Below, piece after piece: positions 10,455 through 18,428 of a stretch of DNA of 64,000 bases. Numbering within the stretch: position 1 is the first letter of the stretch; each line of letters begins with the position of its first letter. The DNA lies in IMG/VR virus record IMGVR_UViG_3300017963_000190, positions 196,068 to 260,067 of that record; one strand, written 5' to 3'. Below the pieces are notes generated by a model. That model had not been told where the DNA came from. It did no database searches and saw only the letters and a program-made list of their open reading frames with translations. The position numbers and the translations under genes are program-made.

Positions 10455-10905
10455 CCCCAAGAAAATACGATTCCGCGGCGCCATTTATGAGGCAGTTGAA
10501 CTTCCCCTCGATCTCCTTCATGCTGAACTTGTTGAGGCAGCTGGTGCCGCTCCGAGAAGCAAAGAGGAATGGCAGGAATTTGCCAGCGACGTCTTCGATT
10601 TCTACAAGAATCAGCTAAGCGAAATGGGCGCCCTACGCGAGCTGGAAGATGGTATGGGTTCCTTGCGCGAGCTTCTTGCTTCTGCAAAGAAAGATTTCCG
10701 AAAAGCAAAGCACAGCAAGAACGTTCTGGACATCTTGCAGGCGCTTGTATCCGCGCGCTACCTAGCTGGAACAACTTCACAGTCATCGAGTTTGGTTAAA
10801 GGACTAAAGTCCATAAAGAAATGGGCCAAGCAGCACGAGAAGCTCAAGAAGAAGATGGAGAAGATGCGTCAGCCCAAGCAGAAAATCAAGAAGTGGTTCA
10901 AGTAG
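10447..10905 (+). CDS. PxxIxxxGxxY-motif protein
   Basis: AGGAGG SD before ATG 10447; PKKIRFRGAIY. Confidence 0.7.
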   Translation: MSSPKKIRFRGAIYEAVELPLDLLHAELVEAAGAAPRSKEEWQEFASDVFDFYKNQLSEMGALRELEDGMGSLRELLASAKKDFRKAKHSKNVLDILQALVSARYLAGTTSQSSSLVKGLKSIKKWAKQHEKLKKKMEKMRQPKQKIKKWFK

Positions 10906-10913
10906 GTGCCGCG

Positions 10914-11543
10914 ATGTCGATGAAGAACCCCACGAAACTGCGCTATATGGGTGCTACCTACGTGCGAGCGGATGCTTTGGACGTAGGGGAGCTGAGCTCG
11001 AAAATAGAAGAGACCAAGGATTATGGTGTGGGGGAGTCAACAATTTATCCTCCACCCGCTGCAGGTAAGAAAGAGCAGGACCGCATAGCAGCCGCGCTGG
11101 ATAAGTACCCAGACATCACCAAGATGACAAACCCGGTGGTGCAGCGTATGCGCCAAGAGCTCTCGGACATGCAGCGCCTGGCTGCTGAGTCCGCGTCAAT
11201 TTTGACGAAGCTGTCACGGTTTATAGCTACAGCAGAGGCCGAAGATGTGGACATGCCAAAGAATCCAGAGGAGTCCCCTTTTCGGACATTTGCTGCCTTC
11301 CCAGGGGTCATCGATGCTGTCACCTTGGGTGGGGAGCTCCCCGAATACCTGAGCGAGCTTGGGTTTGACATCAACACCCTAGCGTCCAAATCCAAGGCGC
11401 TACGTGAGCTCGGGCAGAAGGTGGCCGTAGACGCCCAGAACGCGATCACCGGCGCACTGAAGGAAACAAAGGAACCCAAAGACAAAGAGGAGACGGGTGG
11501 CCCAGAGCGCACACTTGAGATGCCGGAACCAGCAGCTGCTTGA
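10914..11543 (+). CDS. PxxIxxxGxxY-motif protein
   Basis: PTKLRYMGATY near the N-terminus. Confidence 0.7.
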   Translation: MSMKNPTKLRYMGATYVRADALDVGELSSKIEETKDYGVGESTIYPPPAAGKKEQDRIAAALDKYPDITKMTNPVVQRMRQELSDMQRLAAESASILTKLSRFIATAEAEDVDMPKNPEESPFRTFAAFPGVIDAVTLGGELPEYLSELGFDINTLASKSKALRELGQKVAVDAQNAITGALKETKEPKDKEETGGPERTLEMPEPAAA

Positions 11544-11567
11544 CATTTGGCTGCTGTGATGTACAAA
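11540..11567 (+). promoter_or_regulatory. sigma70-like promoter
   Basis: TTGACA-16 nt-TACAAA. Confidence 0.45.
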
Positions 11568-11759
11568 TACTCCCCGAGGTTAGAAACCATGCACGAGACA
11601 CGCGAACATAAGTGGATGCCGTTGGAGGCCCAAGGAGCCTCAACGCCCTCGTGTCTCCCAGGGATTGAGGTCTCCATGACCGCGAATCTGTTCAGTGGTT
11701 ATGCACTCGATCCCAAAGAGCCTGGCGGCTAACCTTGTAACCCGAGAGGATCACACGAG

Positions 11760-11796
11760 AAAGGCCGCCCGGCAACGAAGCTAGGCGGCCTTTTTT
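11760..11796 (+). terminator. intrinsic terminator (possible attenuator)
   Basis: AAGGCCGCC...GGCGGCC hairpin + TTTTTT; upstream CTGGCGGCT could form an alternative pairing. Confidence 0.8.
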
Positions 11797-11953
11797 ATTG
11801 CGCGAGCTCCCATAGACCGTAGGGACACAGGTTGGAGTTGGAGTAGCAGGTCCTACGGTTTGGGGTGAGACTAGACCCAGTTTCGGATCTCATCTGATTC
11901 TGCGGCTTTTCAATAGCAAGCTCCCGCATGCCATCGTGGGGCCGCTCCTTTCA

Positions 11954-11972
11954 GTCTTTGACAACTGAATAG
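11954..11972 (+). promoter_or_regulatory. rrn-type boxA-like antitermination site
   Basis: GTCTTTGACAACTGAATAG resembles the boxA of rRNA leaders and spacers. Confidence 0.5.
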
Positions 11973-12055
11973 CAAACGATGAAAACGCCTCCCAGGTGGG
12001 GGAGGGCAGACGTAGTCCGCGTCAATTATTACACGTCCTCCCCCACCTGATATTT

Positions 12056-12385
12056 TTACTTGTAGAGTCCTTGCCTGCGGAGATCGTTGGCGAAGTAAGT
12101 GACAAGAGTTTGGAAGTGTCTGTAGTTGGCTTCAAGCTCGGAATTGTTTTCTTTTGAGCTCAAAGCTTCGCGGGCCACATCCGCCGCGATCTGAAAGAGA
12201 TCGAAGAGCCTGATAAGCGGGGACTGGTCTATTTCTTCCTGCGGCACGTACTCAAGCAGGTCTTCTACTGCATCCTGCATGCGTTCCACACCAGCGGCCA
12301 TCTGGTCTCTATCAGACGCACACCTGTACAGGTGGCCTTGCACCCTGATGAACTTAGGTGGTTGTTTCTTCTTCATCACGCGCAC
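12056..12385 (-). CDS. PxxIxxxGxxY-motif protein
   Basis: PKFIRVQGHLY. Confidence 0.7.
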   Translation of the reverse strand: MRVMKKKQPPKFIRVQGHLYRCASDRDQMAAGVERMQDAVEDLLEYVPQEEIDQSPLIRLFDLFQIAADVAREALSSKENNSELEANYRHFQTLVTYFANDLRRQGLYK

Positions 12386-12390
12386 CTTTT

Positions 12391-12732
12391 CTATTCTGGG
12401 CCGCCGGGCTGCGGAATGTATTCATGGAGAGGGTATAGACGGTCGAGGAGAGCTATCCAGCCAGTACGCTCGGTACCATATTGGACGCCATAGTAAATCT
12501 TGTCGAGCATCTCTACAAAATCCCTGAAGCGCTTTTTGTCTTCAGGTTTCTCGTAACCATACTCTTCGAGCAGCTTCACTATTTCCTGTAGAGCAGTGTG
12601 GGCTTCTGTGAGATGCTTCTCGAAGCGCTCGCGCGGCTCATAAACCGCTTTTTGGAACGCTTTTGTTTTCTCATCGTACTGAGCTTGTACGTATATGCGA
12701 CCGCTGAAGCGGATCTTTTTTGGTGCGCCCAT
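12391..12732 (-). CDS. PxxIxxxGxxY-motif protein
   Basis: PKKIRFSGRIY. Confidence 0.7.
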   Translation of the reverse strand: MGAPKKIRFSGRIYVQAQYDEKTKAFQKAVYEPRERFEKHLTEAHTALQEIVKLLEEYGYEKPEDKKRFRDFVEMLDKIYYGVQYGTERTGWIALLDRLYPLHEYIPQPGGPE

Positions 12733-12753
12733 GTTATATACTCCGGTTTCTTA

Positions 12754-12838
12754 GGTAGCGTACCCAAGCGGCTTACGGGGCCCGCCTGCTAAGCGGGTGC
12801 ACGGAAACGTGCCGTGGGTTCGAATCCCACCGCTACCT
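12754..12838 (+). tRNA. tRNA-Ser(GCT)
   Basis: Cloverleaf with long V-arm; CCCGC-CT GCT AA-GCGGG. Confidence 0.93.
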
Positions 12839-13330
12839 CTACTTTGCAGCTTTAAGCATGCGATCTGCCATACCGTCAAAAGCCTTCGCCACACCCATAG
12901 CGTTCGCGTAGTCCTTCTCCAATCCAAGTCGCTTTAGGAATGGAGCAAGGGCTCTGATGTCCATAGCGATGTCTGCAGCAGCCTGCATCGCCTGCTCAGC
13001 ATTCATCTGTGCTTTTTTGTACACCTTTCCGGCGATACGTACTTCATCAGAATCGTCCAGGCGCTTGTACAGAACGCCTCCCACCTTGATCTGCTTCGGA
13101 GGAGCTTCTGGCTGCACGAGCTTGTACAAGTGACCACCCATCTTGATCTTCTTCGGAGGAGGCGTGGATGCCTTAGTTTCTTTTCCCTTGGTGGATAGAG
13201 CATCCATAGTCTTCTCGACGGTGCCCTCTGGATCTTTGGCGGTTTCAGGATCGTCCTTCTTTTGCTTGGCTTCCCACTCTTTGACTTCTTTGCCCACTTC
13301 AGATTTCTTGTTGTCTTTTTCCTTTGCCAT
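12839..13330 (-). CDS. PxxIxxxGxxY-motif protein (3 copies)
   Basis: PKKIKMGGHLY, PKQIKVGGVLY, EVRIAGKVY. Confidence 0.75.
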   Translation of the reverse strand: MAKEKDNKKSEVGKEVKEWEAKQKKDDPETAKDPEGTVEKTMDALSTKGKETKASTPPPKKIKMGGHLYKLVQPEAPPKQIKVGGVLYKRLDDSDEVRIAGKVYKKAQMNAEQAMQAAADIAMDIRALAPFLKRLGLEKDYANAMGVAKAFDGMADRMLKAAK

Positions 13331-13362
13331 GAGGTGCCTCGAATATTAGTTGTGGGTGAGAA

Positions 13363-13839
13363 CTACTCACCAGGGGTTTCTTCGGTCTCGCAGAGGGATT
13401 TCAAGCTGTCCGCGAGTGTGCAGATTTGGTCGACTGTGATTCCAGCGCCGCCCAAAACCATTTTGATTACTTCAGCAGCGTCGGGAGGTATATCGGTGGC
13501 AGCGAACTTTTCTTTCCACAGCTGCGGGTAGTCCACGCCAAACCGTGCGGCAAGCTCCTCCGCTTTTGCCCGCGTGTCTTTTAGAGGATCGCCGATAATC
13601 CCAGGCATTGGGGTTGTCTTGCTAGGCAGCGCGGACTTAGCCCTGTACACCCATTGAAGGTTTGCGTAGTCCTCTTTCTCCAGCTGCCCGTCGTCTCTTT
13701 TTCTTTCCATCGCACGGGCCAGGTTGTGCAATAGGACACCAAGCACACGCTTTTCGAGGTCGAATCTGCTAGGTTCTTGTGGATCCGCCTGTACATACAG
13801 CTGGCCTTTGTAGCGAATACGAGAAGGTGGTTTGGTCAT
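13363..13839 (-). CDS. PxxIxxxGxxY-motif protein
   Basis: MTKPPSRIRYKGQLY; GAGGG SD; the longer ORF call overlaps a tRNA. Confidence 0.7.
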   Translation of the reverse strand: MTKPPSRIRYKGQLYVQADPQEPSRFDLEKRVLGVLLHNLARAMERKRDDGQLEKEDYANLQWVYRAKSALPSKTTPMPGIIGDPLKDTRAKAEELAARFGVDYPQLWKEKFAATDIPPDAAEVIKMVLGGAGITVDQICTLADSLKSLCETEETPGE

Positions 13840-13901
13840 ACTGATCCCTCTTACACAGCTTTTGGGGGTTGCATAGGATTCAGTAATAGATAACTTGTTT
13901 C

Positions 13902-13987
13902 GGTGAGTTGGCCGAGATGGTTTAAGGCGGTGCACTCGAACTGCACTGTACCGAAAGGTACCAAGGGTTCGAATCCCTTACTCACCT
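13902..13987 (+). tRNA. tRNA-Ser(CGA)
   Basis: GTGCA-CT CGA AC-TGCAC; long V-arm. Confidence 0.93.
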
Positions 13988-14070
13988 TACCGGATAAGCG
14001 ACGGCCGGTAGGCTTGGCCAGCCAAATCACCTAACTGGGTCACAGAGATCTTTTGGTGGTACGTCGCGCA
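13988..14070 (+). ncRNA. pseudoknotted tRNA-trailer RNA motif, copy 1
   Basis: TACCGG/CCGGTA, GCGACG/CGTCGC, GGC/GCC, TCACC/GGTGG; repeated after tRNA-Tyr. Confidence 0.65.
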
Positions 14071-14075
14071 AATCT

Positions 14076-14163
14076 GGCGGGGTGTCCGAGTGGTTGAAGG
14101 AGCCGGGCTGTAAACTCGGTGCCGCAGTGCTAAACATCGTAGGTTCGAATCCTACCCCCGTCA
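14076..14163 (+). tRNA. tRNA-Tyr(GTA)
   Basis: CCGGG-CT GTA AA-CTCGG; long V-arm. Confidence 0.93.
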
Positions 14164-14234
14164 TACCGGACAGCGACGGCCGGGAGGCCCTTTACGCCAA
14201 ACCACCTACCTAGGCTATGGGTGGTACGTCGTGC
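14164..14234 (+). ncRNA. pseudoknotted tRNA-trailer RNA motif, copy 2
   Basis: Same helices as copy 1 with different loop sequences. Confidence 0.65.
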
Positions 14235-14322
14235 GCCATGGTAGCGTCGCTCCATAGACGTGACGGCGCGTGGTCGGCAGAGAGTAGAGGATCGCAACCT
14301 CGATTTCTGTCCGATCACGAAC

Positions 14323-14395
14323 GGAGCGATAGTACAAATGGCAAGTGCACCGGGTCGTAACCCCGCAAATCTAGGTTCGAATCCTAGTCGCTCCA
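14323..14395 (+). tRNA. atypical tRNA (loop TCGTAAC, nominal anticodon GTA, short V-loop)
   Basis: GGAGCGA/TCGCTCC acceptor; GTTCGAATC T-loop; C33 and a 4-bp anticodon stem. Confidence 0.6.
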
Positions 14396-14425
14396 TTTCC
14401 TACGCAGTCTTGTAAAATACAGGGG

Positions 14426-15472
14426 ATGCCTATTTACGCTGGAATAGGGAGCAGGAATCCGTCTAGCAGTGTTTCTGCTTTGGCCCGAAAAGTAGCCCGA
14501 TACCTCGCTGTTAGCGGGCATACCCTACGAACAGGCGCCGCAAAAGGAATCGACCAGATCATGGCCGAGGCAGCCTTGGAGGTAGGCGGCCCCGTAGATC
14601 TCTGCCTTCCATGGGATACTTTTTCGAGAGATTGGGTGCGGCGCATACGTGATCGGTTTGGATCGCTGGTCCAGCTGGAACCGTTGCTTAGTAGCGATGA
14701 AGAAGCATTCCACTCGGTACAAGCATTCCACCCAAATCCCGACGCACTGAAACGCAACGGTCTTCGGTTGCACGCCAGGAATTACCGAATTCTACATCCA
14801 ATCGGAGGAGGGCTTGTACGTTGCGTGGTAGCCGCACCTCGGAATAATAGTGGCGGTACCATGCAAGGCGTACGGATCGCCGAGACATTGCAGGTACCTG
14901 TTGTGCGGTTGGACCTAGTCCCAGCTATGGACGTCAAACGTTGGTTGGACAAACGCCTTGGAATGAAGAAGCCAAAAGGTGCAACTCTGCTACAGGCACA
15001 GCGCCATGTGCAAGAAGCACTAAAACCTGGCGCCGGGGCAATTGATTGTCCCTGCTGTAAACAGCGGGTCCAGCTCTACAGGCGGCGCTTAAACAGCGAG
15101 ATGGCGCGCTGGCTGATCCTTCTATCCAGGGTGTTCCTGTCTAATGGGCGTAGGTGGGTAAGCGTTAAGGATTCACCTCTTAAAGAGACCCGCGGAGGGG
15201 ACTACGCCAAGCTGCAGCACTGGGGTTTAATCGAGCAGCGCCCAAACACTGATGAGAAGAAACGTACCTCAGGGTATTGGCGCCCAACTACAAAAGGGGT
15301 CAATTTCGCGAAGAACCGTACCAGGGTTCCTTCTCATATCTACATCTTCAACAACACAGTTTACGGGCAATCAGAAGAAACCGTTTCCATAGTAGACGCG
15401 CTAGGCGTGAAGTTCGACTACCGGGATGTAGTGCGCACAGCATTGAAGAGTAATACAAAGGAAAAGAAATGA
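14426..15472 (+). CDS. SLOG/DprA-like Rossmann domain fused to a Zn-ribbon/winged-helix-like domain
   Basis: YAGIGSR, LRTGAAKGID, SGGTMQGVRIA; CPCC. Confidence 0.7.
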   Translation: MPIYAGIGSRNPSSSVSALARKVARYLAVSGHTLRTGAAKGIDQIMAEAALEVGGPVDLCLPWDTFSRDWVRRIRDRFGSLVQLEPLLSSDEEAFHSVQAFHPNPDALKRNGLRLHARNYRILHPIGGGLVRCVVAAPRNNSGGTMQGVRIAETLQVPVVRLDLVPAMDVKRWLDKRLGMKKPKGATLLQAQRHVQEALKPGAGAIDCPCCKQRVQLYRRRLNSEMARWLILLSRVFLSNGRRWVSVKDSPLKETRGGDYAKLQHWGLIEQRPNTDEKKRTSGYWRPTTKGVNFAKNRTRVPSHIYIFNNTVYGQSEETVSIVDALGVKFDYRDVVRTALKSNTKEKK

Positions 15473-15675
15473 ACATTCAGGAGCGGGTTTGGCCTCCACA
15501 GGAATTGGAAATCGGTCCGATCGAGACTAGTTGGTGGACCTCTTTTACTTCCTACGAGAAGGAAGACGCTGTACCTACTACAGGTATAACGTTATCCTTT
15601 CCTAAAGGGTGGAAACCTGCTTTGCAGCTCTATTTCTGGAGATGGTCCGTTCAGTTAGGCTGGTTTATTGAGTGA
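15469..15675 (+). CDS. small hypothetical protein
   Basis: ATGA overlap with the upstream stop. Confidence 0.55.
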   Translation: MNIQERVWPPQELEIGPIETSWWTSFTSYEKEDAVPTTGITLSFPKGWKPALQLYFWRWSVQLGWFIE

Positions 15676-15713
15676 GGCAGGTTGTCCGAGAGGTTTAAGG
15701 TGGTGGCCTTGAA
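15676..15713 (+). pseudogene. 5' half of a disrupted tRNA-Ser(TGA)
   Basis: GGCAGGT acceptor, D-arm, GTGGC-CTTGAA; pairs with the 3' half at 16626-16675. Confidence 0.85.
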
Positions 15714-15766
15714 CAACTGGTTTGTAGTTATGTTCTAATAACAAAATTATATACCAGGAGTTCAGC

Positions 15767-16549
15767 ATGGACGCAAAAAGCAAGGCTGAGTGGCTACGGA
15801 AGCACAGATACTGGTCATACAAAGAAATCTCTGTCCACCTTGGAGTTCCTAAGTCTACTGTTTGTTACTGGCTACGCGACATTCAGCTTACGGCGGTGGA
15901 GCAGGCAGAGATTGGCGCTAGAACTAAGGAGCTAGTTAAGCATGCTGCGATTGCATCAAACAAGCGCAGAAAGGGAGAGAAAAGGCGTTACGCGCGCAGA
16001 CGTTCTAGTGCTACTCGTGGGCCCAGCCACGCAGAGCGTGCTAGGGAGAACAGGCAGCATTTATTGACCAAAAGTAGGGAGCGTGTAAAGTTGCATGGAT
16101 TACAGATGACCCAAGATTCCTTGGCTTTAGTAGGAGCTGCTATTTACTGGGCTGAGGGGGAGAAAATCGGCAGTATGGCTTTATCCAACTCCGACCCTGC
16201 GCTCCTACAGTTGTATGTTCGTTGGTTGACTACTATTTTACGTGTTGATCCAAGAAGGTTATCTTTTAGGGTGTCCGCTCACTTAGATTGCTCCTTTTCT
16301 CACAGTGAGCTGGAAGAATACTGGCGTACTGTACTGTCTATGCCTAAGGCTGTATTTGAGAAGCCGTATTCGATTCCTATTAAAAATAAGAAGAGGAGAA
16401 AAAAGTTGAAGCATGGAATGCTTCGTGTGCGCGTTTCGCGCCCATTGCGTAGTCTTGCTAAGTATTACTCGGTAGCTGAGATCCTTGGTGTGGACGCCGA
16501 GTCCTTGTTTGTAAACCGTGTATCACCATTACACGTTTTGGAGGAGTGA
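15767..16549 (+). CDS. HTH + LAGLIDADG-like putative homing endonuclease
   Basis: SYKEISVHLGVPKSTVCYW HTH; VGAAIYWAEGEK...LSNSDP; paralog at 58129. Confidence 0.7.
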   Translation: MDAKSKAEWLRKHRYWSYKEISVHLGVPKSTVCYWLRDIQLTAVEQAEIGARTKELVKHAAIASNKRRKGEKRRYARRRSSATRGPSHAERARENRQHLLTKSRERVKLHGLQMTQDSLALVGAAIYWAEGEKIGSMALSNSDPALLQLYVRWLTTILRVDPRRLSFRVSAHLDCSFSHSELEEYWRTVLSMPKAVFEKPYSIPIKNKKRRKKLKHGMLRVRVSRPLRSLAKYYSVAEILGVDAESLFVNRVSPLHVLEE

Positions 16550-16624
16550 CCGAATTGGCGAAAGTGCTTGGCTTGAAACCAAGTGTACCGAAAGGTACTG
16601 GGGGTTCGAATCCCTCCTCCTCCG
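16540..16624 (+). tRNA. tRNA-Ser(TGA), intact copy inside the cassette
   Basis: CTTGG-CT TGA AA-CCAAG; long V-arm. Confidence 0.92.
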
Positions 16625-16625
16625 T

Positions 16626-16675
16626 TTGAAAGCCATTGGGCGAAAGCCCCGGGGGTTCGAATCCCTCACCTGCCG
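16626..16675 (+). pseudogene. 3' half of the disrupted tRNA-Ser(TGA)
   Basis: TTGAAA-GCCAT, V-arm GGGC-GAAA-GCCC, T-arm, ACCTGCC-G complementary to GGCAGGT. Confidence 0.85.
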
Positions 16676-16689
16676 TTAAGGAGGCGAAG

Positions 16690-17127
16690 ATGAAAAAGGT
16701 ATGGATCGCAATCATTGTGCTGTTTGCTCTCGTCATGGCTTGTGAGAGCGACTGGTGTCAGGGTACGAAGGTACACAAGCCGAAATCGTACACAGAGACC
16801 AAAGGTAAAACGGAGCCCTACTACGAGATGGGCAAAAAACCCTTCTATATCCCCATGGGCTGCAGCTCCTACGAGTGTAGCTTCAATGCTCAGGTTTACG
16901 TGAACCTGTTCAATCCTACGAAGCGTGAGGTGAAGGCCGACGTTGAGTGTGGATTCAAGCAGGGCGACTACTTGGCGGGAACCAGCAAAAAGGATAATAT
17001 CACTATCCCCGCTGCGACCGACTTGAAAGGTACTATGCGTCGGGTCGACATGACGCAGCAGTTGAGCGTGCAGAAAGGATCCGACCCAGAACACCTGGAG
17101 ATATCCTGCCATGCGACGTTCCATTAG
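16690..17127 (+). CDS. putative lipoprotein
   Basis: MKK + hydrophobic stretch + VMAC lipobox. Confidence 0.65.
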   Translation: MKKVWIAIIVLFALVMACESDWCQGTKVHKPKSYTETKGKTEPYYEMGKKPFYIPMGCSSYECSFNAQVYVNLFNPTKREVKADVECGFKQGDYLAGTSKKDNITIPAATDLKGTMRRVDMTQQLSVQKGSDPEHLEISCHATFH

Positions 17128-17674
17128 CCTCCTCGCAATCTTTGCGTTGCTTTTGGTTGGGTGCCCACGGAAGGGGTACCGCAGCTGGTTCTCCAACGTC
17201 ACCAACTATAAGTACGACGTAAAGAAGGCCAAAAAGACACCTGCTGGCGTGCGTTACTTTGCGCCGGCTAAGGACGACACACAAGCCTTTCGCGATAAGC
17301 TGGACGTGCTTACACACGAGCTCGCTGCTTGCCTCCCAAAGATCGACCCGAAGTGGCAGGTACGTCGAGACTGGTTCGTGGTTTTCGTTCCTCCCGACTG
17401 GTACGTGTCTACTTGTAGCAAGCAGCAGCTTGTTCCGTCTACTCCTCCTTGCAGGGGTTGCCGCAAGAAAGGGTTGGACATTCCAGACAAGTGCTGTGGT
17501 CTTAGGAAACCCACAGCTGAGTGTCCATGCGTCTGCAACATGAGAGCGGTGGTGCAGGACAACTACGTAATAGTCACTTCACCAAACCTGCTCCTTTACA
17601 AAGCAGAGCTCGCACGGTTGATTACGAATAACAATAACGTGTGGGGGCACGAGCAGATTCGAAAATGCCTGTAG
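17111..17674 (+). CDS. Cys-rich putative lipoprotein
   Basis: LLVGC lipobox. Confidence 0.65.
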   Translation: MRRSISLLAIFALLLVGCPRKGYRSWFSNVTNYKYDVKKAKKTPAGVRYFAPAKDDTQAFRDKLDVLTHELAACLPKIDPKWQVRRDWFVVFVPPDWYVSTCSKQQLVPSTPPCRGCRKKGLDIPDKCCGLRKPTAECPCVCNMRAVVQDNYVIVTSPNLLLYKAELARLITNNNNVWGHEQIRKCL

Positions 17675-17840
17675 CTCTATTTATTTCACCGGTGCCAAGG
17701 AGGTGCAACTATGCTCGACTTCCTGGTGATTATTATCCTCATGGGGATTCTACTTTGGATGACCCGTCCGTCTAAACAGGGAACGTACTACCTGAATAAA
17801 AGCATAGATACCCTACTGTTGCGCCAAAAGAAGAAACGTC

Positions 17841-18107
17841 GTGGAGAGGACAAAGATGAGCAATGAACCGTTCAATCCAGGTTGCCCGAAGTGCTTTGAC
17901 CAGCATCCTGTGGTGGTGAAGTCGGCAGATGGGAAAAAGACTTACGCTCGCTGTCGCTGCGGCAAGTCTGAGGTAGCCACCGATCATCCTCTAGCGTCCA
18001 TTAGAAAGGCGTGGAATGAGGAGCTCACGCGGGACGACAAAGAGAAGGAGTTCCTCCGGCGCAGTTGCAAGAAAACGCGAAGGAGTCGGTTCCTTTCTGG
18101 AGACTAG
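17841..18107 (+). CDS. Zn-ribbon hypothetical protein
   Basis: CPKC...CRC. Confidence 0.5.
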   Translation: MERTKMSNEPFNPGCPKCFDQHPVVVKSADGKKTYARCRCGKSEVATDHPLASIRKAWNEELTRDDKEKEFLRRSCKKTRRSRFLSGD

Positions 18108-18116
18108 GGGTGCAGA

Positions 18117-18410
18117 ATGATTTTCACCATCGGGCATACCATTTCTTACGCGACTGCATTCCGAGAGGAGCCAGAGCTTTTGAAGCTCGGTCGTACCGAT
18201 GAGCACCCCGGAGGCGGCGTTTGGGAAACTCGGCAAGCTGCGCAGGACTTTTTGGACAGCATGCCAAATGAATACTGCCCAAACTGGCAAGCCAAGGACT
18301 TCTCTGTTTATGGTGTAGACGCCGATTGGGAGGAGGACACCTACGAGGATTTCTTCACTCCTTGGCGACTGCTCAAAAGAGATGCCCAGTTAATAAAATT
18401 ATCAGATTAG
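18117..18410 (+). CDS. hypothetical protein
   Basis: Collinear ORF with SD. Confidence 0.6.
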   Translation: MIFTIGHTISYATAFREEPELLKLGRTDEHPGGGVWETRQAAQDFLDSMPNEYCPNWQAKDFSVYGVDADWEEDTYEDFFTPWRLLKRDAQLIKLSD

Positions 18411-18428
18411 GCAGCAGGAGGTTTACTT

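Larger units (their letters stand above)
15714..16630 (+). mobile_element. endonuclease + replacement tRNA-Ser(TGA) cassette inserted in a tRNA anticodon loop
   Basis: Flanked by the two tRNA halves with TTGAA duplicated (15709-15713 and 16626-16630). Confidence 0.8.

Noticed and set aside
15714-16630. Group I intron in the tRNA-Ser anticodon loop
   Set aside because: No P/Q/R/S core is recognisable; the insert is almost entirely ORF plus an intact tRNA and is flanked by a 5-bp duplication
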